A DNA stretch of 36,529 nucleotides from Candidatus Latescibacterota bacterium (GTDB lineage Bacteria; Latescibacterota; UBA2968; UBA8231), in NCBI GenBank assembly GCA_965205655.1, contig CBDBIJ010000126.1:1-36529 (forward strand), given 5' to 3'. A program made the position numbers and the translations under genes. Positions 28,426 to 36,529 of the stretch are shown here, one piece after another (position 1 is the first letter of the stretch; the number at the start of each line of letters is the position of its first letter). The notes below the pieces were generated by a model that saw only the letters and a program-made list of their open reading frames with translations, had not been told where the DNA came from and made no database searches.

Positions 28426-29385
28426 TCACGGTCCCCCCTCCCGCCCCTCAAGCTCCATCCTCTTCACCCGCGACAGGGCGTCCTCGAGCATGGCGCGGTT
28501 GGTGGCGATGAGGTCGGCGATGATGCCCGTTAGGAACATCTGGAAGCCGGCCAGGAGCAGGATAGCGGCGAGAATGAGGGACTGGGTGTACAGATCGGCC
28601 TCGCCGACGACGAAGTAGAAGTAGCAAAACCGCAGCCCGATGACGACTCCGACGAGAAACGCGACGGCGCCGAATGCGGCGAAGATCTTCAGGGCCTTGT
28701 AGCGAGCGTAGGTACGCAGACTGATGGAAGCCGATTTGACGACAAATTTCCCGACATTCGAAAACAGCCTGGATTCGCGTGCTTTGGGGTTTGTGCGAAT
28801 CGGCACGCTGACGACTGCCAGGCGCTGCTGCCCTGCCTGCACAGCGTGCTCGACGGTGTGATCGAAGTCGGTAAAGGTCGTCATGCGCATAGCGGCCTCG
28901 CGGCTGAAAGCGCGAAAACCGCTGGCCACGTCCGGTACCTGAATCGTTGCAAGCGTGCTCACCACGCGACTGCCGAACCGTTGGAGGAACCGCTTGATAG
29001 GCGAGAAATGGGAAATTCCTTCGGGCTGGCGATCGCCGATGACGATGTCCGCCTCACCGTCGAGGATCGGCCCCACGAGGACACGTATGTCTCCGCCGAA
29101 GTATTGATTGTCGCCATCGGTGTTTATGATGATGTCGGCGCCGAGCTTGAGGCAGGCGTCGAACCCCGCTTTGAAGGCGTGCCCCAGGCCGCGGTTTCGC
29201 GGAAACTGGACGATGTGGTCGACGCCGTGCTCGCGGGCCAACTCGGCGGTGCGGTCGGTAGAGCCGTCGTCGATGATGAGGATCTCGACCGCGTCGATAC
29301 CATCGATCTCCCGCGGGATGTCAGCCAGTGTGTCTGGAAGGGTCCCCTCTTCGTTGAGGCAGGGGATCTGGACGATCAGCTTCAT
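28426..29385 (-). CDS. Glycosyltransferase family 2 with two C-terminal TM helices
   Basis: QIPCLNEE, IDDGSTD, NRGLG, TDGDNQY, SGFRAFSR. Confidence 0.93.
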   Translation of the reverse strand: MKLIVQIPCLNEEGTLPDTLADIPREIDGIDAVEILIIDDGSTDRTAELAREHGVDHIVQFPRNRGLGHAFKAGFDACLKLGADIIINTDGDNQYFGGDIRVLVGPILDGEADIVIGDRQPEGISHFSPIKRFLQRFGSRVVSTLATIQVPDVASGFRAFSREAAMRMTTFTDFDHTVEHAVQAGQQRLAVVSVPIRTNPKARESRLFSNVGKFVVKSASISLRTYARYKALKIFAAFGAVAFLVGVVIGLRFCYFYFVVGEADLYTQSLILAAILLLAGFQMFLTGIIADLIATNRAMLEDALSRVKRMELEGREGGP

Positions 29386-29478
29386 CGCATCTGCCTGGAT
29401 TGGGCCGAGAGCCGTTGCTGTGGGGAGCGGTGATGAGTGCCGCGCCGAACCGGGGAAAGCTCGGCCACTGGGGATGTC

Positions 29479-30420
29479 CTACCCCCAGCTCTCCTCTTTG
29501 ATTTGGTTCTTGTCGAGCCCTGCCTCGTGCAGCAGCGCAACCATATTCTCCACGAATTTCGGTGCCACCTCCTCGCCCTTCTCCTTGGCTTCCTTGCGTT
29601 CGTGGGGAAGGATGCCGGGCCCGCACGTGAAGGCGAAACAATTGCCGGGGTCGGGTATGCGCTTGTTGAGCAGGTCCAGGTCGATCCGACCGCGACGGGA
29701 GTTCGGTATGCCGCTGGGGTCTTCGCGCGTGATGCAGTGAATGACCTCTAGCCTGTCCGGATGCTGCTGGCTGAGCTCGGCGAAGTCATCGTAATAGATG
29801 ATGTCGCCGCGCGTCTTGTTGCTGAAGAGGAGTGTGTGCTTTAGACCATCGTTCACCTGGATGCTGTGTTTTATCAGACCCAGATTCGGCACGATGCCGC
29901 TGCCGGCGCAAACGTGGACGACGCTGTCGGTGCGAGCCGTGATGTCTTTCGGATAGGTATAGGCGCCGGTGAAGCCCTTGATCGCCATTTTGGTGCCGGT
30001 TGGGCAGTGATACGTCAGCAGCGGAGAGAGCAATGGCGGATACCTCGTCTCCCCCGATTCGTAGCGCTCTTCCTTGATGGTGATGACTGCGTATCTCTCG
30101 TGGGGAGCCGAACCCAGAGAGTAGGGGCGCGGTTTTTCCTTCGTCCCCTTCAGGTCCTCGAGAAAGGCGATGAGGTGTTCGAGTACTTGGAACTGGTGGG
30201 GGTCGATGGTCAGGAAATGCCCGGCCTCGTATTCGAAAGGCTCGTCAGCGGCGAGGAAGAGGGTGGCGGTGTCCGGCGTTTCCATGCGGACGTCGGCAAC
30301 CTCGACTTCCAGCTCCCGGACCCGGCGCCGCGGTTCCTTTTTGGCCGCAGGCTGGCCGTCTGCCGGGTCCGCCAGCTCCTCAGGCGTCGCCCGCGACTGT
30401 TCAGCCACCGTTTCTGCCAT
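29479..30420 (-). CDS. Ferredoxin-NADP reductase-like FAD/NAD(P)-binding oxidoreductase
   Basis: RPYSL, AGSGIVP, FSNKT, TCGP, C-terminal ESWG. AAGGGG RBS before ATG 30420. Confidence 0.88.
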   Translation of the reverse strand: MAETVAEQSRATPEELADPADGQPAAKKEPRRRVRELEVEVADVRMETPDTATLFLAADEPFEYEAGHFLTIDPHQFQVLEHLIAFLEDLKGTKEKPRPYSLGSAPHERYAVITIKEERYESGETRYPPLLSPLLTYHCPTGTKMAIKGFTGAYTYPKDITARTDSVVHVCAGSGIVPNLGLIKHSIQVNDGLKHTLLFSNKTRGDIIYYDDFAELSQQHPDRLEVIHCITREDPSGIPNSRRGRIDLDLLNKRIPDPGNCFAFTCGPGILPHERKEAKEKGEEVAPKFVENMVALLHEAGLDKNQIKEESWG

Positions 30421-30517
30421 CTTGCCCCTTTCGACCAATGATATTCCATTTGTGATAGCTGCGCAATTTCGCATCGCACACAGCGACACAGGCGGAAGCG
30501 CGCGCGCGGCGGGAAGA

Positions 30518-31891
30518 ATGACTGACGACGAACTGAAGAAGAAGCGGATCGCCCTGCTGGGCGTGGGCATCGAGAACCGGGCTCTGGGCCAGCACCTGGT
30601 CTGCCGCGGTGTGCGCTTTTCCGTGTGCGACACAAGAGAATCAGGAGATCTTGCTGAGCTGATGGCGAGTTGGGGGCCGTCAGTGGATGACTGGCACGTG
30701 GGTGCCGAATACCTTCAGAGCATCCGGGAGTTCGACATCATCTTTCGCACTCCGGGAGTCAGCCCCCTCACTCCGGCTCTGCTCGAGGCGACTGCTGGCG
30801 GCGCCGCGGTGTCCAGCCAAACCCGTCTTTTCTTCGAACGCTGTCCCGCTCCGATCCTCGCGGTGACGGGCACCAAGGGCAAGGGCACCACCGTGTCCCT
30901 GCTCGAGCAGATGCTGCTCGACGGTCCATGCGACCGGGTTTGGCTCGGCGGTAACATCGGCAGGCCGCCGATCGAGTTTCTCGACGATCTGTCGACGGAG
31001 GACCTCGTCCTGCTCGAGCTATCCAGCTTTCAACTACAAGACCTCGACCGAAGTCCTCACATCGCGGTGCTGCTCAACATCTTCGACGACCATCTCGATT
31101 ACCACGCCGATCGCGCCGAGTACATCGAGGCGAAGCAACCGATCTGCAGGTTTCAGGGCAGCTCGGACTACATGATCTCGAATGCCGACTCGCCGCTGTC
31201 CGTCTCATTCAAGGATGGAAGTCTGGCGCGGCAGCTATCGTTCAGTCTCGCTCGTGAGGTAGAGGAGGGTGCCTTCGTTTCCGGGGATCATCTGTTGCTT
31301 CGTCGAGCAGGTCAGGCGCATGAGGTCTGCGCGGTTGCAGACGTTCCCCTGCTTGGTACGCACAACCTGGCCAATGTCGCCGCTGCCGTGACCGCCGCGG
31401 CGGCGGCCGGTGCCGCTGTCGAGACGATCGCCGACGGCATCCGCAGCTTCGAGGGGCTCGAGCACCGCCTGGAACTGATCGGCCAGCTTGGCGGCGTGAG
31501 CTACTACAACGACTCACTCGCGACCATTCCCGAGGCGACGATCGCGGCGATCGAATCCTTCTCTGGACCCGTTCACCTCATCGCCGGTGGATCCTCGAAG
31601 GGAGCGGACTTCGCGGAGCTCGCCCGCGCCGCGACCCGTCGCGCCGTTGAGACGGTGGCTCTCATAGGCGCAGAAGCGGATCGAATCGAGACGGCTCTCG
31701 ATCGGGCAGGTTATAGCAGATTCACGGTGAGATGCCGAACGCTGGAAGCAGCGGTGCACGCCGCAACCGAACGGGCGCAGCCCGGAGATGTGGTGCTGCT
31801 GTCGCCGGCGTGCGCCAGTTTCGGCATGTTCGACAACTACGCCGAGCGAGGCCGGGAGTTCAAACGGCTCGTGGAGGCGGGCGCAGAGTGA
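30518..31891 (+). CDS. murD: UDP-N-acetylmuramoyl-L-alanine--D-glutamate ligase
   Basis: TGTKGKGTT, GGNIG, ELSSFQL, DHLDYH, HRLE, YNDS, IAGG..KG, LLSPACASFGMF..Y.ERG..F. Confidence 0.96.
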   Translation: MTDDELKKKRIALLGVGIENRALGQHLVCRGVRFSVCDTRESGDLAELMASWGPSVDDWHVGAEYLQSIREFDIIFRTPGVSPLTPALLEATAGGAAVSSQTRLFFERCPAPILAVTGTKGKGTTVSLLEQMLLDGPCDRVWLGGNIGRPPIEFLDDLSTEDLVLLELSSFQLQDLDRSPHIAVLLNIFDDHLDYHADRAEYIEAKQPICRFQGSSDYMISNADSPLSVSFKDGSLARQLSFSLAREVEEGAFVSGDHLLLRRAGQAHEVCAVADVPLLGTHNLANVAAAVTAAAAAGAAVETIADGIRSFEGLEHRLELIGQLGGVSYYNDSLATIPEATIAAIESFSGPVHLIAGGSSKGADFAELARAATRRAVETVALIGAEADRIETALDRAGYSRFTVRCRTLEAAVHAATERAQPGDVVLLSPACASFGMFDNYAERGREFKRLVEAGAE

Positions 31892-31909
31892 GGCGAGGCC
31901 TCATTAGGC

Positions 31910-32722
31910 CTAAATATTGTACATGGGAATGTGGAGGCCACATTCTTTCATGTCTTCTGAGGTTGGCTTTTCGTCGCTGTTGAACCAGCGCCAGCGGCCG
32001 TCCCGCTTGTCCTCCCCCGGCAAGATGGGAGTGGAGCAGATGACGCAGCCGAAGTTCGCATACCCCTGCACGTAGAGCGGGTGCGTGGGGATGTCGTTCC
32101 TCTCGGTGTAGTCTAGCAGGCGCCGCTCGGACCAATCGGCCAGCGGATTCAGCTTGAGAATGCGGCGTCGACTGCCGAATTCAGGGACGGCGATCGCCTT
32201 GGGTGTTTCCTGCCGCAGTGCAGACTGATCTCGGCGCAGGCCTGAGATCCAGCAGTCGGCCGTCTTCAGCAGCTCGTCGTGGGGACGTGTCTTGCGCACC
32301 TGGCAGCAGTACTCCTGCTTCGCCTTGTTGTCGAAGAAGAGGTACTCGCCGAAACGGTCGACCATGCTGCTTACCTGCTTCGGGTCTGGCTTCTGGGCCT
32401 CGATTTCGATGCCGTATCGCTCCTCCACCAGGCGCTTGAATTCGAGTGTCTCCGGATGCAGGCGCAGGGTGTCTACGGTGGCGATGCGCAGATCGAGCCC
32501 TAGCTCGCACACCATATGGATCATCGCCAACCCCGAGTGTTGAAAGCTCGTGCTCAGGACGATGCGCTCTGGCGCGAAGGCGGCTGCCGCCCAGCGCAGC
32601 ATGGCCTCCGGCGTCATCGACTCGAAGTCCTTCTCCTGCAGATAGTTACCGAGCGTTTGATTATGCCGCTCGACGGCTTCTTCAGGAGTCGGTTCGCTTT
32701 GTTTTTCTGCGGCGAAGCTCAT
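31910..32722 (-). CDS. cysH: Adenylylsulfate / phosphoadenylylsulfate reductase (Fe-S type)
   Basis: TSFQ, VDTLRLHPET, CCQVRK, SGLRRDQS, NPLADW, GCVIC, RDGRW, ECGLH. Confidence 0.94.
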   Translation of the reverse strand: MSFAAEKQSEPTPEEAVERHNQTLGNYLQEKDFESMTPEAMLRWAAAAFAPERIVLSTSFQHSGLAMIHMVCELGLDLRIATVDTLRLHPETLEFKRLVEERYGIEIEAQKPDPKQVSSMVDRFGEYLFFDNKAKQEYCCQVRKTRPHDELLKTADCWISGLRRDQSALRQETPKAIAVPEFGSRRRILKLNPLADWSERRLLDYTERNDIPTHPLYVQGYANFGCVICSTPILPGEDKRDGRWRWFNSDEKPTSEDMKECGLHIPMYNI

Positions 32723-32781
32723 CGGCTAACTCAGAAGATGGTACGATTCAGCGAGCCCGAAGGCTTGCGGAAAAGTCCTAG

Positions 32782-34418
32782 CCTGAATTATTCATAAAAA
32801 TGCGGTGACCTCTTGTACAACTGGTTGTTTTGCCCTGAGTTAGGGTTGGACACAAACAACAACCATTTGAGAGGACACCGCGATGGAAAGGTCGCAGATC
32901 ACGTTATCCTTTGCAAGCATCTCGGGCAGGAAGATCGAAGCCGATTTTGACGGCGGCACGACGACCAGCGATGGGGGCGCCCTGCTCCTGCGGCAGGCGG
33001 AATCCAAGATAGGGATCGTAGACCGAATCGTAAGGGCGTTGTGTGATCGCCGACATCAAAGCTATATCGACCATACCTATACCGACCTCATCAAGCAGCG
33101 CGTCTTCCAGATCGCCTGCGGGTACGAGGACGCCAATGACAGCAACGACCTGCGTTCAGATCCGGCTCTGAAGGCAGCATGCGATCGACTCCCCCTGACG
33201 GGAGCCGATCTGGCCAGTCAACCGACCATGTCTCGTTTCGAGAACAGTATCAGCCGCACGGACCTCTACCGAATCGGGCTCGCGTTACTGGAAACATTCA
33301 TCGAGTCCTACGACAAGCCGCCGAAGAAGATCATCCTGGACATTGATGACACGGATGATGCCACGCACGGTTCACAGCAACTGTCGTTGTTTCACGCTTA
33401 CTATGACGAGTACTGCTACCTGCCCGTCCATCTCTACGAAGCAGAGACAGGCAAGTTGATCACCACCATTCTGCGACCCGGTCGTAGAATCCGTGGCCGC
33501 GAGGCCGCGGCGATTCTCAGACGCGTTCTGGATCATATCCTCATGGCCTGGCCGCAGGTGCAGATCACCTTGCGTGGTGACGCGCACTTTAGCACCCCGG
33601 AGGTGCACGACCTGTGCGACGAATACGGCCTGGCGTTCATTCTCGGACAAGCGGTCAACCAGAAGCTCAAAGCGCTCGGCGCACCGCTGATGGAGCAGGC
33701 AGCCGCCCTGGCGGAGCAGACCGAAAAGCCGGTGCGGCTCTTTACACGCTTCGATTATCAGGCCGATAGCTGGAGCCGTCCGCGCCAGATCATCTACAAG
33801 GCCGAGATTACGCAAGGAAAGGCCAACCCGCGTTTTGTGGTCACGAACATTCGGAACCGAACGCCCAGGTTTCTGTATGAGAAGGTCTACTGTGCTCGCG
33901 GACGATCGGAAGGGTTCATCAAGAATCACAAGACCTTCCTGAACTCCGACCGGACCTCCTGCCATCGATTCCCGGCAAACCAATTCCGCCTCTTCCTGCA
34001 CAGCGCCGCCTATGTGCTTGTGCACGCGATCAAACATATCGGCATGCGAGGCACCCAATGGACGACGTCCAACTTCGACACGATCCAACTCCGCGTCCTC
34101 AAAATCGGCGCCAGAGTACGGGAGCAAACCACCACGGTGCGCTTTCACTTTCCGACGTCATATCCGCTCAAGGACTTGATGAGGTTGATCGTCTACAACC
34201 TCGACACCGCGTAATGCGCACGATGACGACGCACCAAAAAATCGATCATCAGCACGACCAAGGGATCAGTCTGTCCGGAGGAAATGCAACACCGCCTGAC
34301 ACATCGACCTACGACCAAGAAACACGGACCCGAAAATCACACTTGAGCGAGAAACGCCTCAGTGCTTCATCATTTACCGAATCCCGATCAAACTGAGCGA
34401 ATTTATGAATTATTCAGG
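32782..34418 (+). mobile_element. IS1380 family element, full length
   Basis: 17-bp IRs CCTGAATTATTCATAAA / CCTGAATAATTCATAAA (16/17). CTAG at 32778-32781 and 34419-34422. Confidence 0.95.
32883..34214 (+). CDS. IS1380 family transposase
   Basis: FDGGTTTSDGG, GYEDAND, LASQPTMSRFEN, LDIDDT, RGDAHF, YCARGRSE..IK, ANQFRL. Confidence 0.96.
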   Translation: MERSQITLSFASISGRKIEADFDGGTTTSDGGALLLRQAESKIGIVDRIVRALCDRRHQSYIDHTYTDLIKQRVFQIACGYEDANDSNDLRSDPALKAACDRLPLTGADLASQPTMSRFENSISRTDLYRIGLALLETFIESYDKPPKKIILDIDDTDDATHGSQQLSLFHAYYDEYCYLPVHLYEAETGKLITTILRPGRRIRGREAAAILRRVLDHILMAWPQVQITLRGDAHFSTPEVHDLCDEYGLAFILGQAVNQKLKALGAPLMEQAAALAEQTEKPVRLFTRFDYQADSWSRPRQIIYKAEITQGKANPRFVVTNIRNRTPRFLYEKVYCARGRSEGFIKNHKTFLNSDRTSCHRFPANQFRLFLHSAAYVLVHAIKHIGMRGTQWTTSNFDTIQLRVLKIGARVREQTTTVRFHFPTSYPLKDLMRLIVYNLDTA

Positions 34419-35575
34419 CTAGGAGAGTCAGCGTGCTTTCCAGACCCTCGTGGAGGTCGGCCTTCTGAAACTCGGCCTCGTCCAGGCGTGCAAAGTTCTT
34501 CAAGCTTTGGACTATGCTTCCGATGCGCTCGCTCGCCATCAAGGCGACATCCGTGTTGCTCTTAAGAATCCCAAACGCTTTGTCAAATCGTTGACTTTTC
34601 GCGGCCTCATTCAGATCCGCACTCGTCTCGAGCGTCTCCACGATTCTGTCGATACACAGCGACGAGGTGCTGGCGGCGCTGTGCATTGCTCCAATCGGGT
34701 TGTTTATCTCGTGGGCGACCCCAGCCACGAGATTGCCGAGTGACGCCATCTTCTCCTTCATCACGAGCTGTTGCTGCGCGTCCTGAAGTGATGCCGTCAT
34801 CTGATTGAAGGATTGAGCCAGGCTGCCGGTTTCGTCCTTGCTCTGGATATCCACCCGCACGTCCAGGTTGCCTTCCGAGACGGTATTCGCGGCCCGTTCC
34901 AGCTCCCTGACCGGAACGGTGATGAGTCTGACGAGTCCGAATGCGACGGCGATCGATATGGCCAGCGTGCCCATGAGCAGGCTGATGATCAGGTGGCGGG
35001 CGTCATTGAAGGTCTGCTCGGCCCGTTGTGCCGCGCCGAGCGAGTTCTCCCCTGTTGACCTTGACGAGTTCGTCCAGATCGGCGCTGAAGCTATCGTAAA
35101 TTTCCCGAGCGTCGCCGCTGAGGAGTTCGACAGCGGCCTGGCTCTTGTCGCTGTCCGACATCGTCAGAAACGAGACTGATACATCGAGGTATTCCTCCCA
35201 CTGTGGGTCGAAGCCATCCTCGAATAGCAATCTCTCCTTCTCGTCCCGCGACGATCGCTTCAGTGATTGATACGTGTCCAGATCGTGCTCGATCGTGTCC
35301 AGCAGCTCGATGATTCTCGCCGCATGTTCCAGCCTCGATTCTTCACCCGATGCAATGGCATACTGGAGCTGGTTCGTGCGGAGCTCGGATGTGCTCAGAT
35401 TGATGCCCGAAATGGCGATGACCCTGGGCAGCCAGTTTCCAGTGACGATGCTGATCTCATCCTTGAGCGACGCCAGTCTGGTCAGTGAGTAGATGTTGGC
35501 CCCCGCCATGATGACGAGAATTATGCCGAAGCCGACTGTCTGCTTCGCCGCCAACTTCAGATCTCTGAGCGCCAT
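34419..35575 (-). pseudogene. Sensor histidine kinase (MCP-type four-helix-bundle sensor, HAMP, HisKA), frameshifted and lacking HATPase domain
   Basis: TM1, WLPRVIA four-helix bundle, TM2, HAMP (SKDETGSLAQSFNQM), EKMASLGNLVAGVAHEINNP. +1 G in run 35049-35052. Cut by IS1380 after LESTLTL. Confidence 0.9.
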
Positions 35576-35580
35576 GGCCC

Positions 35581-36009
35581 TCACTCCTCTTGCTGCGGTA
35601 CGACTACGAGTGTTTTCACATCGTCCCCTACCCTGTGCATGCTGACGAAGCCGAGTGCCCCCTGCGTCGAAGCCACCTTCTGCAGTAGTTCCTCCTCCGT
35701 GTTCATCGATTCGGGTGGATCCCCTTCTCCCGAGAGCATGCGCTTGATCCAGATCGACTTCATGCGCGACGGCCTCTTGCCGAGAAATCCGTAGAACGCC
35801 GCCTTCAATTCGCTCTTCGGCTTCAAATCCAGGACCACAACCGGCGTCTGATCCGGCCACGACTTGATCTCGCCGGTGTAGAAGTCCAGCAGATCCGACC
35901 TGCTCAATGTGTCTGCAGGCACCGACAAATGCGCAACCACGGCCACCTGTGCCGAGCTGTCGATTACCGACAGGAGAGCGAAAACAGTCGATAGGGTGAG
36001 TCTTCGCAT
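35581..36009 (-). CDS. Small exported PBP-like protein (often annotated phosphate ABC transporter substrate-binding protein)
   Basis: Signal peptide, VAVVAH, LSRSDLLDFYTGEIKSW, W...LSGEGDPP, VASTQGALGFV; 142 aa. Confidence 0.8.
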   Translation of the reverse strand: MRRLTLSTVFALLSVIDSSAQVAVVAHLSVPADTLSRSDLLDFYTGEIKSWPDQTPVVVLDLKPKSELKAAFYGFLGKRPSRMKSIWIKRMLSGEGDPPESMNTEEELLQKVASTQGALGFVSMHRVGDDVKTLVVVPQQEE

Positions 36010-36022
36010 GACGTCGACGTGG

Positions 36023-36529
36023 TCAGAAAATGGCGGAAATGGCGATCGTGAAGAAATTGAATTCTTCCCTCTCGGCCTCGCCTGCCTCTACAGTGAATAC
36101 TTCCGCTACCGGTGCATCACTGTCGGCCACTTCCGTCTCCTGCTCGGACGGGAAGGTCGTCGACTTGATGTCTACTGGCGCGTATTGGACCTTAACGGTC
36201 ACGCGGTCGTTGAGATTGTACGCGGCGCCGATGTTTGGAACCTTCAGCCTTCCGTGGCCGCGCGTGGAGAGACGCTCCTTTTCGTACCAGTAGCTCACAT
36301 AGGTGGTCAGATCCTCTGTCGGCTGATACCCGAGTGTCACATAATGAAACCGCAGGCTGACGTGAAATTCGGGGATATCGTCGTCGTATTTTACCCTGAT
36401 CGTTTCCGATTCGAGGGAGAAGTCGTCGAAGTGAGCTGAGAGGTCCAGGCCCAGGCGAATCCTGCGAACCTCCTCGAGATCTGCCGGGGAGTAGCCGATT
36501 CTACTAGCCTCGTCTTGCAGCCCGTTGAT
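36023..36529 (-). CDS. Outer-membrane beta-barrel (porin-like) protein, C-terminal part; start lies beyond the window
   Basis: Frame open from the window edge. Alternating beta strands (YVTLGYQ, IGAAYNL, VTVKVQY) and terminal FTIAISAIF. Confidence 0.78.
   Translation of the reverse strand: MNGLQDEASRIGYSPADLEEVRRIRLGLDLSAHFDDFSLESETIRVKYDDDIPEFHVSLRFHYVTLGYQPTEDLTTYVSYWYEKERLSTRGHGRLKVPNIGAAYNLNDRVTVKVQYAPVDIKSTTFPSEQETEVADSDAPVAEVFTVEAGEAEREEFNFFTIAISAIF

Noticed and set aside
30170..30633. Apparent overlap of murD (from 30170) and the oxidoreductase (from 30633)
   Set aside because: Both have better downstream starts (30518 and 30420), leaving a normal 97-bp divergent spacer.
1765..32781. 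Simple inversion between the two IS1380 copies as the cause of the broken kinase
   Set aside because: Joining the kinase to the flank at 4534 gives TLLAFDCAPLLDSS-stop, not an HATPase domain.
1947..33372. Long antisense or alternative-frame ORFs (e.g. 1947-2951, 3272-4537, 4629-5693, 12027-12911, 14200-15783)
   Set aside because: Shadows of real genes in GC-rich DNA; no motifs or RBS of their own.
35576..35860. Extension of the kinase ORF to 35860
   Set aside because: Overlaps the PBP-like gene in another frame; ATG 35575 has a GAGGAG RBS.
1..36529. CRISPR arrays, tRNA/rRNA, integron cassettes, phage or defence genes
   Set aside because: No regularly spaced repeats, RNA-gene signatures or such protein motifs were recognised by eye; a covariance-model search was not possible.

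Overview
GC-rich bacterial window, apparently from a diderm (outer-membrane export genes and a TonB receptor are present). The load of TIM-barrel isomerases, Gfo/Idh/MocA enzymes and a heparinase resembles Latescibacterota/Poribacteria-like lineages, but that is inference only. About 9.8 kb (~27%) is insertion sequence: 8 elements from 6 families (IS30, IS1380 x2, IS1182/IS5-like, IS3 x2, IS481, IS630), with ends and target duplications readable for most. Four unrelated families sit at CTAG, and two use that CTAG as their transposase stop codon. Layout: 1-4.5 kb nested IS pile; 4.6-17.2 kb carbohydrate-catabolism genes, several with altered catalytic motifs; 18.4-32.7 kb housekeeping and surface-polysaccharide genes (broken TonB receptor, dut, Wzz-like, Wza-like, rfbB, ugd, tatD, argC, RluA family, GT2, FNR-like, murD, cysH); 34.4-36.5 kb a porin / small PBP-like protein / sensor kinase operon. 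IS630 and the full IS1380 each join flanks that do not belong together. Best candidates for undescribed biology: the porin-PBP-kinase sensing module and a TIM barrel lacking its metal ligands paired with a LigC-like dehydrogenase. No rRNA, tRNA or CRISPR array was seen.
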